Assembly (NCBI GenBank): GCA_020891255.1
Contig: BQFW01000002.1
Location: 1,116,001-1,180,000, forward strand
DNA from: Entomortierella parvispora E1425
Lineage: Eukaryota > Fungi > Mortierellomycota
Length of the DNA stretch: 64,000 nt
Reading direction: 5' to 3'
Shown here one piece after another: positions 58,791 to 64,000 of this stretch. The position numbers were made by a program, and so were the translations under genes. Below the pieces are notes generated by a model. It worked only from the letters and a program-made list of their open reading frames with translations. It was not told where the DNA came from and made no database searches. Numbering within the stretch: position 1 is the stretch's first letter; every line of letters begins with the position of its first letter.

Positions 58791-61700
58791 TTACTCTTCT
58801 GTCCTAACAGGGGTTGGTCCGAGGGTCGGGGTGGGTGTTGAAGTCGGGGTGGGCGTCGTCGAACGAGGCGGATACAACGCAGGTGGTAAAGGCGGTCGAT
58901 CTGCAGAGGCGGTTTTCGTCATGGCACTGTGGGCTGAAGGATGGTGCTGATGTGGGTGATGTTGGTAGTGGTGATAGTGGCGGTTGGCAACGGACGCAGG
59001 GGACTCTGCGGACCTTGGATCTTCCATATCTTCCATTAGCTGTGTTCGCTGCTGTTGCTGTGAGGAATCTGTAAGATAAGGAGTCGACGATGTAGATGAA
59101 GAGACAGATTGTAGGCGTAGTTGTTTTTCTTGATGAAGGGTCGAAGACGATAAGGAAGTTGTCGAGAAGCTTGACTGAGAGTGACGATGACTGAGTGTGG
59201 GCAGAGACGAGAGCGACGACAGCGAGGTGAGAGAAGAGGATGTAGACATGTCTGTATCCTGATGGTACAGAGTGCTACTGCTACTGCAGGCGCTCATCTC
59301 CCCGCCTCTTCTGGACGCTAAGGCTGCATCCAGAGAGAGGCTGGTCGAGCGAGCTGTGGAAAGGCCACCACTGCTGCTGGCACTCGCTAGATTGCCTGCA
59401 CTGGCAGAAGATACGCGGGGGCGGTACGAAGATTGACTTTGTGGGGGATATTGTTGGTGGTGATGCAAAGTGGAACCTTGCCCATGAATATCCGAACGAG
59501 AACCCGAGGGCCCAGAGCTCATTGTTGGTCCGCCTACACTCTGAGGAGAGGCCAACAAGGCCGAGGGCGAGCTCCGTGGAGAGGGATGCACTGTCGCGGT
59601 TCGATCTTCTGACAATGAATGTTCTGTGCTTCTACGATAACGAAGGTGAGAAAATTTGGTTCCAGAAATTTGTCCGCCTCCTGATTCTTGTCCAGGACTG
59701 ATTCCTGGTGCCATGGACGCCGACAAGCTGCCTTGCGTGTTACTAGGCGCGAGTTGGTAGGGTGAGAGGGGTGAAAGGACAGGTAGAGAGCGATAGAGCG
59801 GCTGCCCGGGAGGCGGTCCACCTTGCGAGTGAAAGAACTGTCCAACTGCTCGACTTGTGGAGGATGTAGACGATGATGATATAGAAAGAGGCGATCCCGA
59901 GTCATCAGCCAATCCACCACCAGCTCCCACAAATGTGGGTAACGAGACCGGTCGCAACATAATCGTTTGTTGTTGGTTCTGCCTTCGTTTAGATGTAGCT
60001 GTGGACGAAGGCGAGGGCGTATTGGTTGAGCTCACTCCGCTACCACTGCCTCCGCCTCCTCTCCCAGAACCTAGACTTGAAGCGCAGGAAGATTGGCGAG
60101 GATGCGACGGTGACAAAGTGCTTGGGTACGACTGGAACTGGGGCGACAATGGACTTTGTAAAACGGAGGATGCGCTTTCAGACCGCATCAAAACTCTTTG
60201 CTTTGGAGGACGACCTGGTTGCGGCTGCTGAGGATGATACGGGTGTGAATGATGACGAACTGGAAGCTCTCCATGATGTTGGTGACGCTGAGATGGTGGT
60301 GGAGGTGCAATGCTCTTCGTATGCGGCCGCTGGTGATGCATCGTTGTGGGTTTTCCACGAACATACTCTTCCTCTTGCTGTTGTTGCTGTCGAAGTTGAA
60401 GTGCTTGCTGAATCTCCAGTTCCTCCTGCTCACGCTGCATCTGATGTAACTGTTGCTGCAATATCTGATGCTTTTTTAAATGAGGACCTGGTCCTTTCTT
60501 GGTCGATCTCTTGGGTGTCGTCTTGATAACCTGTCCAGCGCCTCGTCCCCGACCGCGTTCTGTGAGAATAGAACGACTTGCAGTAGATCCTAGAATGGAT
60601 GTGATGACTCTAGAAGACATCGTACTGCTAGACATTTGTCGCGCAAGCATATCCGCCATAGTTGTTTTCGCCATGCCCACATGCGGGAGTGGCATCTCGG
60701 GCTCATGATGTCTTCCATAAAATAGTTCTGACCTTGACCGCTGCTGTCCGATTCCTAAAGAAAACAGGAAATGAAAAATGAATATAAGTCAAAAAAAAAC
60801 AAAAAAAACAGAGTTGCAGACTCACAACGTACCAGTCAGATTGACAGGTGGGAAAGTTGGAGAGATCAAAGGAGGGGACATCAGAGATTCGCTTCCACCT
60901 GGAGATACTCCTCTGCTATCAAGAACATCCTCAGACACCATAAACTGCTGCTCTCTTTGAGCAGCCGTTGGTCGTCGACTCATGAAAGACAGGTCTAGTG
61001 ACCGGGAGTGGGCATGGCCATGATGGTGGGTTGGGTGAACACCGTGTTGTTGATAGCCTCCACGCCCCTGTGTCATGTGCACATCCCCTGGCTGGTGTCG
61101 CAGCTCCGATTCTGAATCTCGAGAACCAGCGTGAACCTCGTAATGGACGGGCGACCTCCCCCTGACCATGAACGCTGACTCATTGGCCAGGTTGCTCTGA
61201 ATAGAAAGTGCTGTCGAAGACCGAGGCCTCCCTCGGCATGGGCCTGTCCATGTTGAACGAAACTCGCTCTCATCCTGAAGACCACATTCAGCGGTATCAC
61301 CAGCCCTTGACTCAGGCCTCGAGATCCTTTTCCGCGCCCGTGCATTTTCGACATTTGGGCCAAAATCAAAAGACCGCTCTGTGCGTTCGGAGAAACTGGA
61401 TAAGGTCCTTTCATCGCCATCATACTGAGAATTATTGGCGCTGGCACCAGGCCCATCATTGGGTCCTTTTGCTGCTCCAGAGCTGCTTCTTTTACGCCCA
61501 CTGCTGATGCTGCTGATGTTGACATTTTGAGGTGTATAGCCTTCTGCAAAAGATCTCACAAGGCCCACCGGCATTTCTCTTTCGTATTCTTGAGGGCTTG
61601 ATGACCTCTGAACCATTGGAGCGTGGTGCTCTATTTCTGTCGGTGATTCTACAAGTCGATGAGACGACCGCTGCTGTCGATACTCAAAATCATGAGGGTA

Positions 61701-63770
61701 TTGCCTGTTCTCCATCGAGAGTGGGTAACTGTGCCTCTTGGCTGGTCCTCGTTGAGATGACGTTGCCGTAGACGAAGAAGTGACTGATAGTGGGGGGGAT
61801 GGATCACGATAATGAATAAAGCTACCTCTCGTGGACGTTTCCTGGCTATTGTCGACCAGTGTCCCTCTACTATCTCTATCTTTCGAGAGGATGTAATGTG
61901 GCGGATCATGCAATGGTGGCTGCGAGCGCATAATTGAGCTGCTCTGACTGCGTCCAGTGAGAAAGAGAGGTCCTGGTGAAAAGGGTCCAGACTGGAGACT
62001 AGAATGAGATTGCGAATGGCTGTGCCGGGCCACCGTGGAGGTCAAAGGTGGTCGTCCAGGCTTTCGACGGACAGGTACTTGCATTTGCTGCTCCTCTTGT
62101 GGCAAATGGCGATGGCGGATATTGTCTTGGGCGAGGGAGTATATATGGTGGAGCTCTGGCGGCCTTCCAACATAGGCATTTCGGTTGGTTAAGCTTGTGC
62201 TGGCAGCAAATGACGATTGTGGGCCCTCAAAAGGGACACCGGTCGCACCGGAACTATTAAAGTAAGGATGACTGGCCGGTAGGACCCCAAAGGACGAGAG
62301 GGTCGGAGTGCTTTGAGATGCCGCAGATGGATGCTTCGAGATTGGTCGACCCTTCTTTGGGATCTGTGTCTTTAGGACCAGGCCGCGATCTGATTGCAGG
62401 AGTTCGCTTTCAGGGACGGCTGGAATATCATCCATTGGGATTCTGACAGAGCCAGCCTCAGACAGGCCATGTTGAGAGACGGGGGCCCTCTTGGTGTATT
62501 TGCGTTTGGGCTTGACAAGGACTGATTCCATGGTGGGCGAATAAACGGACAAGGGTGACTTAGAGTCCTCGCCTGTTGCTTGGTGCTCCCTAAAGGACGG
62601 ACCAGGTTGCTCCCTAAAGGACGGACCAGGTTGCTGTATCCTTTGAGGTAGATGTTGAGCATGTATTCTCTGACTTTCCCCTGGGTGTTGGGCTGCATAG
62701 ACATAGGCTCTATCTCCCTCCTGGCGGTGGGTTGTCTGTTTGTATGAAGGCGAAGCTACTGGAGGAGCACCAGACAGGTCTTGATGGTGTTTGGGTAAAG
62801 TATTGTTATATCGATCCTGCATTTGTCCTCGGCGCTGAAGGAGATCTGGATGGTCTTGATCCGGAGCCAGGTTGTCTTCCACTGGGTCGTGTTTGTCCCA
62901 ATTATTGTCCGACTGTAGAGATACGAGTGACAGTCTGGCTCTGAGCAGATGAGAAAGCTAGAGTTGGGTAAGAAGAGACCCCACAATGTCAATAAATGGT
63001 TGACCTGACAATATGGCTTATCGCAAATGGGACGATAGCTAAAAACAACTTACAGATTGCATCCTGGGGCCAGATACCTGCGAGGCATTCTCCTCTACCT
63101 GTTCGTTCAACGCTCCTGGTTTTATTGGGGTTTCTGGCGAGAGTGCTGCAGTTGCGAATGGATCTTGAGGCGTGTCCAATGGACTTGATCGAACTACTGT
63201 GCGGTTCAGAGGCATGGTGCTCCTGAATGTGCTGGGAGAAAGCGGCTGTCTCTCTGCAGTACTCCTGTAGTCCACGTCCTCAAGGCTGCGTCGTCTTTGC
63301 TGCTTCTGCTGAGAAGACCGGTGCTGATTCAGGGTCTCTGAATCGAGACTGTCGTCTGTGGAGAGCCGGATCGGCCGATCCATCCTTTTCTCCCCTGACT
63401 CCTCGTCCCTGGAAGAAAAAGCCGACCGACCTCCTGCTGTCCGATCAAACGGTGCAGCTCCCTGGATGCCAACTCCTGATGAGAGCACAGCAAGAGCCAT
63501 CGCCGCAGTACCATGTGGATCGTCTGTCTGCCCTTCGCAAAGATGGTCATCCTGTACTGTCGACGAACGTGGAGTTATCGTAGAAGGCGTTTCCAAAGGA
63601 ACGTCGTTGGTGGTTTTCGTTAGAGCTTCTGGTAAGGAGCTTTCCGGAGAAAGTACTTTTATGTCGTGGTCTTGGCTCTCTGCATGTACGTCACTGTGGC
63701 AACGCTGTACTTTGCTGTCATCCTCTACACCTTCAGGCCTCTCGAGTTTGGAGAGGTCGAGATCAGCCAT
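58791..63770 (-). CDS. Large disordered hypothetical protein (~1,590 aa) with AT-hook-like motifs
   Basis: Three long ORFs join in frame via GT-AG introns (63053-62958 and 60832-~60755). Motifs KPKRKYTKR, PKKGRP, RRKPGRPP; no folded domain recognised. Confidence 0.7.
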
Positions 63771-64000
63771 TGGACCAAGTCCTTGGTCTCTTTAGTGTTT
63801 CTGTTACTACTCTTGATTTTGAAGCGTACTTCCTTTGGGGGTTCTTATTTTTGGTGAGAAAGAGAGAGAAGGGGAGAGGGAGAGAGAGAAAACGAGAGAG
63901 GGAGAGAGGAGAGAGAGTGTCTGTGCGGAGGTATGCTTCTTTGGGAGTGATCTCCTTCTCAGTATTTGCCCACTGTTGCTCGATGTTGCCGAGAAAGAAT

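Noticed and set aside
10262-62633. CRISPR-like arrays among short repeats (12-bp pair at 10262, 9-bp units near 40322, 21-bp pair at 54849, 24-bp units near 62583)
   Set aside because: All are head-to-tail tandem repeats without unique spacers; eukaryotic context and no cas genes.
1554-63795. Numerous antisense or alternate-frame ORFs overlapping the long genes (poly-L, poly-V, poly-C products)
   Set aside because: Shadow frames of poly-Q/S/E coding sequence.

Overview
Eukaryotic, intron-rich fungal genomic DNA. Short GT-AG introns, poly-Q proteins, microsatellite-rich intergenic DNA and the presence of a WNK kinase and Pex26 suggest an early-diverging fungus such as Mortierellaceae (inference). 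Host genes supported by hand-built splice models: a Q-rich protein with a tyrosine-recombinase N-terminal-like domain, STM1-like RNA-binding protein, amidase, a single-pass membrane protein, Sec66, a CUE protein, an ankyrin protein, Pex26, a two-finger GATA factor, GID4/Vid24, a dual-specificity phosphatase, a bZIP factor, a WNK kinase and two disordered hypothetical proteins. Main result: two highly diverged, apparently intact spliced genes flank STM1 in divergent orientation (9637->4718 minus, 1496 aa; 14158->18357 plus, 1283 aa). Each encodes one polypeptide joining an N-terminal FEN1/XPG-family 5'-nuclease (PIN-like + H3TH) to a C-terminal Fanzor/TnpB-type RuvC + zinc-finger nuclease, with all expected catalytic residues present. 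The second gene lies in a 5,915-bp element (12543-18457) with imperfect ~18-bp terminal inverted repeats and an exact 10-bp target-site duplication (TATTTCTTCG), and no recognisable transposase. This yields a concrete prediction for the omegaRNA, guide and TAM. All assignments come from motif reading by eye; no database searches were run.
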